Source: an uncultured virus (IMG/VR IMGVR_UViG_3300040735_000039)
Taxonomy: Duplodnaviria; Heunggongvirae; Uroviricota; Caudoviricetes
Direction: 5' to 3' (one strand)
Length of the DNA: 20,000 nucleotides
Virus record (IMG/VR): IMGVR_UViG_3300040735_000039
Shown: positions 8,343 through 16,278 of the stretch, piece by piece
Position numbering within the stretch: the first letter of the stretch is position 1
Layout of the letters: each line of letters begins with the position of its first letter
The notes under the pieces: generated by a model
What the model was told of the DNA's origin: nothing
Seen by the model: the letters and a program-made list of their open reading frames with translations, nothing else
The model's database searches: none
Translations under genes and position numbers: made by a program

Positions 8343-10112
8343 TTGAAAAATGTAACAAAAATCGAGCCGACCGTACCGCAAATGCCGGAGCGCAAAAAGG
8401 TCGCCGCCTACGCAAGAGTATCAATGGAGTCCGAGCGGCTGCAGCATTCCTTGTCGGCGCAGGTCAGCTATTACAGCGAGTTTATTCAAAAGCACACCGA
8501 TTGGCAGTATGTCGGTGTTTATGCGGATAATGGCATCAGCGGTACCGGAACAGCCAAACGCGATGAGTTCCAGCATATGCTCGACGATTGCGAAGCGGGT
8601 AAAATCGATATCATTCTCACAAAGTCCATTTCCCGTTTTGCAAGAAATACGGTTGACCTTTTGAAAACTGTCCGGCACCTGAAGGAGCTCTGCATTTCCG
8701 TCCGCTTTGAGAAGGAAAACATCGACTCGCTTTCGGAGGACGGGGAATTGATGCTCACATTGCTTGGCTCCTTCGCACAGGAGGAGAGCCGCAGTATTTC
8801 GGATAATGTCAAATGGGGTACGGTCAAGCGCTTTCAGCAAGGCATACCGAATGGGCATTTTCCTATCTACGGCTATCGGTGGCAGGGCGAAACGCTGGTC
8901 ATTGAGCCAGAGGAAGCGAAAATTGTGCGGTTGATTTACGACAACTTCCTGAAGGGTCTATCGGCCGAGACCACAGAAAAACAGCTTGAAGCGATGGGCG
9001 TAAAATCCTATAAGGGGATGCATTTTGGCAACACGTCAATCCGGCAGATTCTCCGGAACATCACCTATACCGGAAACCTGCTGTTCCAGAAAGAGTATAC
9101 CGTTGACCCTATCAGTAAGAAAAGCCGTATCAATCGCGGCGAGTTGCCGCAATACTGGGTCGAGAACACACATGAAGCCATCATCGACATGGAGACCTAT
9201 AACGCAGTCCAAGCGGAAGTGGCGCGGCGGCGGGAGCTTGGCGTGTTTGCAAACTGGACGATTAACACGACCTGCTTCACAAGTAAAATCGTCTGTGAAG
9301 CCTGCGGCAGGCCATTTCACCGTTCGACGCGTAGTCGGACAAACGGGAAATTCAAAGTGTGGGTATGCGCCAATCGCAAAGAAGGAAAGCCCCACGACTG
9401 TAAGGTCAGCGACCTACCGGAGTACATTCTGGAGCGTGTTGCAGCAGAGGCGCTTGGGCTGGACGAGTTTGACGCAGATACTTTTGCCGAGCAAATTGAA
9501 AAGATCGTGGTGCCGTCAGCGAATGTGCTCGTGTTCCATTTTTACGATGGGCGCATTATCTCCAAGGAGTGGGAATCCACTGCTAAAAAGGATTGGTGGA
9601 CACCTGAACGACGGCGGCTTTGGGGCGAACGACACAAGCGCAAAGACACCAATCCGAATAAGAATACCTACTACGAGTTCACCGGCTTTATTAAGTGCGG
9701 TCGGTGCGGCTCAAATTATCGCTGCCAATCCACCACCTTGAAGGACGGGACGAAAACACGCTCATGGTACTGCACAGCGCCGTCCGGCACCTGCGATAAG
9801 ATTTCGATCAAGGATGATACCATGAAAACGCTTGTGACTGATGTGCTCGGTTTGGCAGAGTACGATGAAGCCGTGATGGACGAGCAAATGGAATACGCTA
9901 CCATCCTTGATAACACGGTCACCTTCCATTTCCGCGACGGGCATGAAGTATCCAGAGAATTTCATGACAAGCGTCACGGCACGAAGTGGACCGAGGAGCG
10001 CAGAGTCAAACAATCTCAAGCCATACGGGATAGCTGGACGGAGGAACGCCGAGCTGCCGTAGGAGAAAGGATGAAGCAGATAAGGAGCGAAAAGAAATGG
10101 CCAAAACGGTAA
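8343..10112 (+). CDS. Large serine recombinase 1 (resolvase + recombinase + two Zn-ribbon modules)
   Basis: 'AAYARVS' catalytic Ser, 'KSISRFARNTVD', 'AQEESRSISDN', 'HEAIID'; TTG start with AAGGAG RBS. Confidence 0.93.
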   Translation: MKNVTKIEPTVPQMPERKKVAAYARVSMESERLQHSLSAQVSYYSEFIQKHTDWQYVGVYADNGISGTGTAKRDEFQHMLDDCEAGKIDIILTKSISRFARNTVDLLKTVRHLKELCISVRFEKENIDSLSEDGELMLTLLGSFAQEESRSISDNVKWGTVKRFQQGIPNGHFPIYGYRWQGETLVIEPEEAKIVRLIYDNFLKGLSAETTEKQLEAMGVKSYKGMHFGNTSIRQILRNITYTGNLLFQKEYTVDPISKKSRINRGELPQYWVENTHEAIIDMETYNAVQAEVARRRELGVFANWTINTTCFTSKIVCEACGRPFHRSTRSRTNGKFKVWVCANRKEGKPHDCKVSDLPEYILERVAAEALGLDEFDADTFAEQIEKIVVPSANVLVFHFYDGRIISKEWESTAKKDWWTPERRRLWGERHKRKDTNPNKNTYYEFTGFIKCGRCGSNYRCQSTTLKDGTKTRSWYCTAPSGTCDKISIKDDTMKTLVTDVLGLAEYDEAVMDEQMEYATILDNTVTFHFRDGHEVSREFHDKRHGTKWTEERRVKQSQAIRDSWTEERRAAVGERMKQIRSEKKWPKR

Positions 10113-11671
10113 CCACAATTCCAGCGACACTGACACGCTTCACCGCAGCGCCGCTGAACGAAGTCAAAAAACGCCGCACAGCCGGTTATGCCCGCGTTTC
10201 CACCGACAGCGAGGAGCAGCAGACCAGCTATGAGGCGCAGGTTGATTATTACACCAACTACATCAAAAGTCGTGAGGACTGGGAGTTCGTGGAGGTCTAT
10301 ACCGATGAAGGTATCAGTGCCACGAACACGAAACACCGCGAAGGCTTCAAACGTATGATAGCCGATGCCCTCGCCGGAAAAATTGACCTTATTGTTACAA
10401 AATCGGTCAGCCGTTTCGCCCGCAACACCGTAGACAGCCTGACAACCGTTCGCAAGCTCAAAGAAAAAGGTATCGAGATATTTTTCGAGAAGGAGAACAT
10501 CTGGACGCTCGACAGCAAGGGCGAACTGCTCATTACGATAATGTCCTCACTGGCGCAGGAGGAATCCCGCTCCATTTCTGAAAACTGTACATGGGGACAA
10601 AGAAAACGATTCGCGGACGGAAAGGTCACTGTGCCGTTCAATCGGTTTCTCGGCTACGACCGAGGCGAGGATGGCAATCTGGTCGTTAATCCGAAACAAG
10701 CAGCCACAGTCAGACGCATTTACAGTATGTTCCTACAGGGCATGACACCCTTCGGCATTGCTTCCAAGCTGACCGCTGACGGTGTACTCTCGCCGGGCGG
10801 CAAAGAGCGCTGGAACGCCGGTGCAGTGCGGAGCATCCTCACGAATGAGAAATATCGCGGCGATGCGCTGCTACAAAAGAGCTATACCGTGGATTTTCTC
10901 ACAAAAAAGAAAAAGCCCAACGAGGGCGAGATACCACAATATTATGTTGAGAATAATCATCAAGCGATTATCCAGCCTGATGTTTTCGATATGGTGCAAC
11001 GCGAGTTGGCGCGACGCGGGCAGAACCGCAGCCATCACAGCGGCGTTCACCTTTTCTCCGGCAAGATAAAATGCGGACAGTGTGGAAACTGGTACGGTTC
11101 AAAGGTCTGGCACTCCACCGACAAATACCGCTGCACGATATGGCAGTGCAATCATAAGTTCGGCGGCGACGAAAAATGCGGTACTCCGCATCTTACGGAG
11201 GAGGATATTCAGCGTTACTACCTATCGGCGGTCAACAAGCTGCTCACGGACAGGGACGACATCATCAGCACATTCGAGCTTGCCAAGAGCGCAGCCTTCG
11301 ACACAACGGCGCTGGCTACAGAGCGGGATGAGCTGCAAAGTGAACTGTTGGTGGTCTCCGAGCTCCTGCAGCAGTGCATTCAGGAAAACGCCCACGTCGC
11401 GCTCGACCAAACTGAATACCAGAAACGCTACGACGGGCTGACCGAGCGGTTCAACAAAGCCAAAGCTCGACTGGACACGGTCACGGCGACCATAAGCGAC
11501 AAGCAGGCTCGTCAAGCGACAATAGAAGCCTTCCTCGACGAGCTCAGGAGGTTGGACATCGTCTCCGAGTTTCAGCCCGCGCTCTGGTACAGCCTCATGG
11601 ATTTCATGACGGTTTACAGCAAGGACGATGTACGCGTCACCTTCAAGGACGGAACGGAGATACGGGCATAA
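10097..11671 (+). CDS. Large serine recombinase 2 (integrase-type, Zn ribbon and coiled coil)
   Basis: 'GYARVSTD', 'KSVSRFARNTVD', 'AQEESRSISEN', 'FSGKIKCGQCG', coiled-coil C-terminus; overlaps the end of recombinase 1. Confidence 0.95.
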   Translation: MAKTVTTIPATLTRFTAAPLNEVKKRRTAGYARVSTDSEEQQTSYEAQVDYYTNYIKSREDWEFVEVYTDEGISATNTKHREGFKRMIADALAGKIDLIVTKSVSRFARNTVDSLTTVRKLKEKGIEIFFEKENIWTLDSKGELLITIMSSLAQEESRSISENCTWGQRKRFADGKVTVPFNRFLGYDRGEDGNLVVNPKQAATVRRIYSMFLQGMTPFGIASKLTADGVLSPGGKERWNAGAVRSILTNEKYRGDALLQKSYTVDFLTKKKKPNEGEIPQYYVENNHQAIIQPDVFDMVQRELARRGQNRSHHSGVHLFSGKIKCGQCGNWYGSKVWHSTDKYRCTIWQCNHKFGGDEKCGTPHLTEEDIQRYYLSAVNKLLTDRDDIISTFELAKSAAFDTTALATERDELQSELLVVSELLQQCIQENAHVALDQTEYQKRYDGLTERFNKAKARLDTVTATISDKQARQATIEAFLDELRRLDIVSEFQPALWYSLMDFMTVYSKDDVRVTFKDGTEIRA

Positions 11672-11674
11672 TCT

Positions 11675-11720
11675 TAAAAAACAACGCCTCTCAACCATTG
11701 TGGCTGGGAGGCGCTTCTTC
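11675..11720. terminator. Probable bidirectional terminator between convergent genes
   Basis: CGCCTCTCAACCA-ttg-TGGCTGGGAGGCG hairpin (11685-11713), A-run on the left and T-rich on the right, between two convergent stops. Confidence 0.7.
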
Positions 11721-11725
11721 GTGTA

Positions 11726-12898
11726 TCAAATCCATAGCCTGCTACGTTCGTTACCCACAAACTCAAGCGCAACCGTTGTTCTTGATTTATGTAAAAGGAT
11801 TTTTGAGCCCTTTTCTTTTATATCAGCATCACCTTTGTAATAGTACCACAGCAGATGATCAAAATCTTTTCTCGTTATGGCGTACCCTATGCGACATTCT
11901 ACTTCACGCCTTATACGGTCAATCAGATTTCGATAGCCGAGATAATCACCGCGATTTCGCTGGCCAAACTCCTTTTCAATTTTGCTCTGCTTCCTTGCCA
12001 TGTGATTTTCACCGATGTACACCCATGCGTAATACGGAAGAATCTCACGCAGGATTTTATCATAAATACTATATCCGTCGGTTTCTAAAAGATAGCGTGA
12101 CAAATATGTACAGTATTTTGATGCAAAGCTGAATGTATATCGACCATGTATTGCACCAGCAATCTGATTGACCAAACCGGCATCTTCGTTTTTAAGGCGC
12201 TCGTAAAAATCTGGCAGGTCACAAATAAATTGCGCCGTGATTTCTCTCCCGCGATTATCTCCCTGTTTCACACCTGATGAGGCTTGGTGTGTGGAGTTCT
12301 GAATATCGATTCTTTCAACGATACCGAGAATTACTTCATAATCTCGCGTGTACGGATGGTTTCTTATATAGTTGTAGGTTGACTCTTTGTTTTCTGGGTC
12401 CATATCCGAACGGTAATTCGAGTCGTTTTCAATGATGAAATTAATGCGATCTACATTCCCAGAGGTCAGCGCAAGCAGCCCATTCTTGTCAACATCAAAC
12501 TTGTACGGACTTTCCTGTAAGATAAAAGGGTCTTGTGAGTTAACCACTGCCGAAACAGCCGGACTTGAATCCTGTTTGGACTCCGAGAATTCGATTCCAC
12601 TGGTTTTAAGAAAGCGCCTGAAGCGACGCAGATGTGCCATATATCCACTGAGATTTGCTTCGGCATTTCCACTGGACTGCTGCACCAACAGTTCAAGAAG
12701 CGTAGATTTTCCGAGAACTTCGAAGTTATCAGAGAGAACTATCTGCCAGAAAGCCTCCTGCCCTTTTTTTCTCCAAATGTAAAAGGCATCAGTAGATGAT
12801 GTCATGACCGTATTCTGTGATAGATTTTGTGTGTTGAGGTATTTCTTATATGCTGCTCGAATCTCGTCGAGCGGACGGTTTTTTATGTCATCAACCAC
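11726..12898 (-). CDS. Hypothetical cargo protein; C-terminal HhH-GPD DNA glycosylase-like domain suspected
   Basis: 390 aa, GTG start with GGAGG RBS; 'FSFASKYC...YSIYD' and 'DFDHLLW' resemble the HhH Lys/Asp and C-terminal DxxLW pattern; more AT-rich than the phage genes. The ORF is solid, the function is tentative. Confidence 0.6.
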   Translation of the reverse strand: MVDDIKNRPLDEIRAAYKKYLNTQNLSQNTVMTSSTDAFYIWRKKGQEAFWQIVLSDNFEVLGKSTLLELLVQQSSGNAEANLSGYMAHLRRFRRFLKTSGIEFSESKQDSSPAVSAVVNSQDPFILQESPYKFDVDKNGLLALTSGNVDRINFIIENDSNYRSDMDPENKESTYNYIRNHPYTRDYEVILGIVERIDIQNSTHQASSGVKQGDNRGREITAQFICDLPDFYERLKNEDAGLVNQIAGAIHGRYTFSFASKYCTYLSRYLLETDGYSIYDKILREILPYYAWVYIGENHMARKQSKIEKEFGQRNRGDYLGYRNLIDRIRREVECRIGYAITRKDFDHLLWYYYKGDADIKEKGSKILLHKSRTTVALEFVGNERSRLWI

Positions 12899-12952
12899 TA
12901 ATATTGCCTCCTAAATACCAAAATCGCCGGTCAACACCGGCAAATGCACCGC

Positions 12953-12985
12953 TTACCCTGCAAGACCCCATTTTACCCCGCAAGA
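12953..12985. repeat. 13-bp imperfect direct repeat (TTACCCTGCAAGA / TTACCCCGCAAGA), 20-bp spacing, near the putative att end
   Basis: Copies at 12953-12965 and 12973-12985 read directly. Confidence 0.7.
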
Positions 12986-13629
12986 GGCAGGAAGTCACGG
13001 AAATAATTAAATTGTATCAATCTCTGCATGAACATATCGTATACGCGTCCTTTAAACGGCTGTAAAACTTCAACGAGTGTTCTTACGACACAAGATGGTG
13101 TAAAGAATTCGCCTGCTCGCTTACCTTCCTGTTCTGCAAATTTTGAAAGGCAATATTCATATGCACGGCCAAGAAGATCTTTATCGCTCCCATGGTCAAC
13201 CATTTGAATATTGGTAAACAGATCCACTACATTACCAAGACGGCGTTTATCTAATTCACTACGGGAGTAGTTTTTTGGGAGTATATCCTTCAGCCGCTTA
13301 TTTTCCTTTTCAATTGCCCTCATCGCATCGTCGATTACTGAACCGATCTCCTCCTTATGAGCTGCTTCGGAAATAACACTCCAGCGAGCAGAAAGTGGCA
13401 CGAAAAAAACATTGACTTCCGAGTAGGCGTCCTTATCCTCAACGTCGTCATCATCAGCTTCAAGTTCCTGGTAACGTTCTTCGAACTTGTCTGAAATATA
13501 TTTTAGAAAAATTAGCCCAAGCACGACATGCTTGTATTCGGCCGCATCCATGTTGCCACGCAGAATATCTGCAGCTGCCCAGATTTGTTGTTCAAAGCCA
13601 ATAGTGGCTGTGTTATTTCCATTTGCCAT
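12973..13629 (-). pseudogene. hsdM: 5' fragment of type I restriction-modification methyltransferase subunit M, interrupted after GRVYD
   Basis: 'IWAAADILRGNMDAAEYKHVVLGLIFLKYISD', 'DLLGRAYEYCL..FA..EGKRAGEFFTP..VV' are HsdM motifs; the expected PxxGSGG, NPPF and C-terminal half are missing and replaced by a 20-aa tail. Confidence 0.92.
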
Positions 13630-13848
13630 TTATTTAGCCTCCTTGTCGCTAGGTAATAGTTCCATAATGTCAGTGATGTCACAACCAAGAGCTCGACATA
13701 TTTTAATCAAAACCTCCGTGTTGACATTCTCATTTCGCCCAAGTTTCGCAATTGTAGAAGGGCTAATGCCTGCCATCTCTCTAAGGTCTTTTTTCTTCAA
13801 GTCTCGGTCGATTAGGAGCTTCCATAGTTTTTTATAGCTAATAATCAT
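13630..13848 (-). CDS. Cro/C1-type HTH regulator, candidate controller of the R-M operon
   Basis: 'ISYKKLWKLLIDR...LREMAGISPSTIAKLGRNENV...KICRALGCDITDIME'; stop codon abuts the hsdM start. Confidence 0.9.
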   Translation of the reverse strand: MIISYKKLWKLLIDRDLKKKDLREMAGISPSTIAKLGRNENVNTEVLIKICRALGCDITDIMELLPSDKEAK

Positions 13849-13897
13849 TGCCCTTCACCTCTATTAGAATTGATATCACAAATTCATACATATGTTA

Positions 13898-13926
13898 ATT
13901 ATAACCAACCCTATTTGACAAAGCAA
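13898..13926 (-). promoter_or_regulatory. Sigma-A-type promoter of the HTH-hsdM operon
   Basis: Minus strand TTGCTT-N17-TATAAT about 50 bp upstream of the HTH start. Confidence 0.65.
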
Positions 13927-13978
13927 TAATAAGTTTGCGAAATCGTAATAATAGTACGGTAAGAAGTATTTTTATTAT

Positions 13979-14010
13979 AAAAAAGCCGATCAGAGGTTAG
14001 TCTGTCGGCT
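13979..14010 (-). terminator. Intrinsic terminator, probably of the XRE-ImmA-89aa operon before IS insertion
   Basis: Minus strand AGCCGACAGA...TCTGATCGGCT hairpin followed by a T-run; lies just outside the IS direct repeat. Confidence 0.65.
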
Positions 14011-14030
14011 CGATTAATTATGATGAACTA

Positions 14031-14170
14031 AATTGAAAGGCAAGATGCCATTTTGTAAACTGAAATGCATACTTTGTAACTGACAACTGAATATTTGTAA
14101 ACGAAACGCAGTCTTTGTATCCGGAATGCAGCTTCTGAACACAAAATGCCGGATTTGTAACCGACCTGCA
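14031..14170. repeat. Seven degenerate 20-21 bp tandem repeats (consensus about TTTGTAAnnGAAATGCA) at the IS end
   Basis: TTG/CTG cores at 14033, 14053, 14074, 14095, 14115, 14135, 14155; similar to the terminal inverted repeat. Confidence 0.8.
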
Positions 14171-14318
14171 GTTTGATTTATTCATTCTTCTAGCTTATTA
14201 TGATAAAAAAGGGTATGCCAAATGGAGATCAACTCCCTCTCGATTTTTTTGTAATCGGAGAATCCACCCCTTATTTTTACCGATAAGCATGGATTGTTGG
14301 CGGCTTAAGTTTATCGTT

Positions 14319-15620
14319 TTATTTTTTGAGAAGAGCAGGTTTTAGCAGGATGTCACCGGCGGCGACTGGTGAGCATCCAAGTTTCTGTAAAACATCTTCT
14401 CCGTGGTAAAAGCTGAACGTTTCGTAAGGGCTACGGTTGTTCAGCTTTTTTCTTTTGTAGGAATTGATGTGGTTCATCATTAAAGCAATATCTTCCTGCG
14501 TTAAGTTATTAAAGCTTGTTCCCTTGGGAAGCACCCTGCGTATCAGAGCGTGATTAACTTCAATTGCCCCTTTCTGATGAGGGCACCCGGCATCGCAATA
14601 ATAAATCCGTGTGCGCAGGCTGCTATTGTTTTTCAAAGATCCATACTCAATAGCCTTGGGATTGGAAAACTCACTTCCGTTATCCGTCAGGATGACAGGG
14701 AATAACCTTTGAAACAGCGACCGTCCCAACTTTTGGTCAAGGCCATTGAAAACATCAATAACCGATTGGGAAGTATTTGCATCCCGCAAGAAGGCAAGCA
14801 TCATGCCGGTATCCACAAAATGGATCGTTAAAAGACATTTGCTTCCTTTCGTGCCGATGACCGAGTCCATCTGCAGGGTGGCCGTATCTGGATTCTTTAC
14901 CAGGAAAGACTGGAAATCTTCATAGTTTCGCCCGATCCGGCAGCCTTTGTCCACTTTGAATTCCGGTCTTTTATAGCGTTCACGAAATTTTACTTTCCTG
15001 GGCAAATCGATGTTGCGTACATCGAGAAGACAAGCATCAATGTAGTTATAGATGGTTTTCTCACTGCACATCAGCTTATCCTGATGGGTCACATAAATCT
15101 GATGAATGGATTGTCCTTGCCGAACCAAGGGGCTAATGATGGTATTGAGTCGGGCAATCTCTTCCTCACAAACGCACAGTCCCCTCCTTGATTCCGATAT
15201 GGTTTTGTGGGATTTGACATGGGCATGCTCCGCATCATAGATACTTTTAAGCAAAGAACATTTGCCAATCTGTTCGCAGCCATTACAGACATAAGGTATA
15301 CGGGATCTTGCCGTGCAGATTTCCTCGATAAAGTCTTCGCAGTGCTCATTGCACTTTGGGCATAGCTTGCAATAGATTGTTGTCGCCCTTGTGCATTCCT
15401 TGCCGCAGATTCTTTTCTTACGGCAATTGAAACGACTCTTGCATGCGTTATAAGGAAATCCCGGATGACCGGTAGCGACTTCAGAGAGATATTTGCGAAT
15501 TTCTCTGGAAATGGTTGTCGGGTTCTTGCCCAGCCTACGTCCGATTTCTTTAAAGGAAAGGCTTTCTTTTAGGTACTTCTGCAGATTCAGCCTTTCTTCA
15601 TATGTAAAAAAATTAGACAT
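14319..15620 (-). CDS. IS30-family transposase with a Cys-rich insertion
   Basis: N-terminal HTH 'SFKEIGRRLGKNPTTISREIR', 'SEKTIYNYI', DDE residues in 'QMDSVIG', 'LTDNGSEF', 'QKGAIE'; ATG 15620 with GGAG RBS. Confidence 0.95.
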   Translation of the reverse strand: MSNFFTYEERLNLQKYLKESLSFKEIGRRLGKNPTTISREIRKYLSEVATGHPGFPYNACKSRFNCRKKRICGKECTRATTIYCKLCPKCNEHCEDFIEEICTARSRIPYVCNGCEQIGKCSLLKSIYDAEHAHVKSHKTISESRRGLCVCEEEIARLNTIISPLVRQGQSIHQIYVTHQDKLMCSEKTIYNYIDACLLDVRNIDLPRKVKFRERYKRPEFKVDKGCRIGRNYEDFQSFLVKNPDTATLQMDSVIGTKGSKCLLTIHFVDTGMMLAFLRDANTSQSVIDVFNGLDQKLGRSLFQRLFPVILTDNGSEFSNPKAIEYGSLKNNSSLRTRIYYCDAGCPHQKGAIEVNHALIRRVLPKGTSFNNLTQEDIALMMNHINSYKRKKLNNRSPYETFSFYHGEDVLQKLGCSPVAAGDILLKPALLKK

Positions 15621-15727
15621 TGTTGTTCTCCGTTCCGCCGCCAACGCATTTAAGGATATATCTAATTGAAAGAGCGTGTAAATGATTAATCCGGGTCACT
15701 TTGAGCCAGCGTTCGGTGAGTGAGAGG

Positions 15728-15830
15728 TTATGGATAGTGCCGTTCTGTGGATAACCCTTCAGGTTACCCACAGAACTTGGATAAGCTATTATGGGTATGT
15801 CTTAAAAGAGCTTATCCACACTCTCCACAA
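15728..15830. promoter_or_regulatory. Multi-stem inverted-repeat element with clustered DnaA-box-like 9-mers
   Basis: TGTGGATAA 15746-15754 and TTATCCACA 15812-15820 (perfect), TTACCCACA 15764-15772, plus three degenerate copies, arranged as nested hairpins. Confidence 0.7.
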
Positions 15831-16008
15831 TCCCGACGGCAAATGTTCCTGCTGATAATAAATGCCAAAAGATTGGTTCATCACCAATCTTTTGGAAGCC
15901 AGGATGCAACCACCTGGTATCTATAAATTTAGTTACTTTATGAAGATTCGGTTGAATCGAAAGGGTTGCATTTCGATTTGCAATTAAGGTTAATTATGAT
16001 GATATTAC

Positions 16009-16278
16009 TCATTTGCGTTCAACAAACCATCGTCCCAGGTTTGTTCCGCTGATACTTGGACTTCGCTCAAAGAAAAGATAGCTCTGATGACCATTGATTT
16101 GTACCGTATAACGGTCCCCTTGGCCGCCAGCCTTCAGCGCAGCTGCAGGTCTGACATCCAGGATCTTTTCGATGGAATATTCACGTCCATCTTCCCAGCG
16201 GAGGCGTCTTGGGAAAAGATTACCCTCTTCAGAGAAGGAGGCAATGACGGCTACATAGACTTTTGCCTGTGATGTCAC
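16009..16278 (-). CDS. Conserved small protein associated with Y-family polymerases (ImuB C-terminal/DUF6504-like fold suspected)
   Basis: 89 aa, overlaps the ImmA stop, RBS GAGG; 'G..FP..L.WEDGREY.I..IL...KAGGQGDRYTV.I.G...YLFFE...RWFVE' pattern. Confidence 0.65.
   Translation of the reverse strand: MTSQAKVYVAVIASFSEEGNLFPRRLRWEDGREYSIEKILDVRPAAALKAGGQGDRYTVQINGHQSYLFFERSPSISGTNLGRWFVERK

Larger units (their letters stand above)
1..13035. mobile_element. Prophage right arm (tail-lysis-tandem serine recombinase-cargo), probably integrated in hsdM; left end lies outside the window
   Basis: Co-oriented tape measure, tail, holin and endolysin genes, then two large serine recombinases; hsdM similarity stops abruptly at ~13036. 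The boundary is inferred. Confidence 0.8.
14027..15989 (-). mobile_element. IS30-family insertion sequence (~1.96 kb)
   Basis: Flanked by direct repeat TTAATTATGATGA (14014-14026 and 15990-16002); imperfect terminal inverted repeats (ACTAAATTGAAAGGCAAGATGCCA vs CCTTAATTGCAAATCGAAATGCAA, 16/24); contains an IS30 transposase. Confidence 0.88.

Noticed and set aside
69..12782. Many alternative-frame and antisense ORFs (e.g. 3452-4231, 9025-9741, 11698-12132)
   Set aside because: Overlap well-supported genes, lack RBS or motifs, and are expected in GC-rich coding DNA
13021..13041. hsdM inactivated by a simple 21-bp deletion of PCCGSGG
   Set aside because: Similarity does not continue beyond MFMQ and the whole C-terminal half is missing, so an insertion explains it better
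14031..14170. Possible mini CRISPR array
   Set aside because: Repeats are contiguous and degenerate with no unique spacers, there are no cas genes, and they match the IS terminal repeat
15728..15830. Chromosomal or plasmid replication origin
   Set aside because: The boxes lie inside IS boundaries, with no dnaA or rep gene nearby
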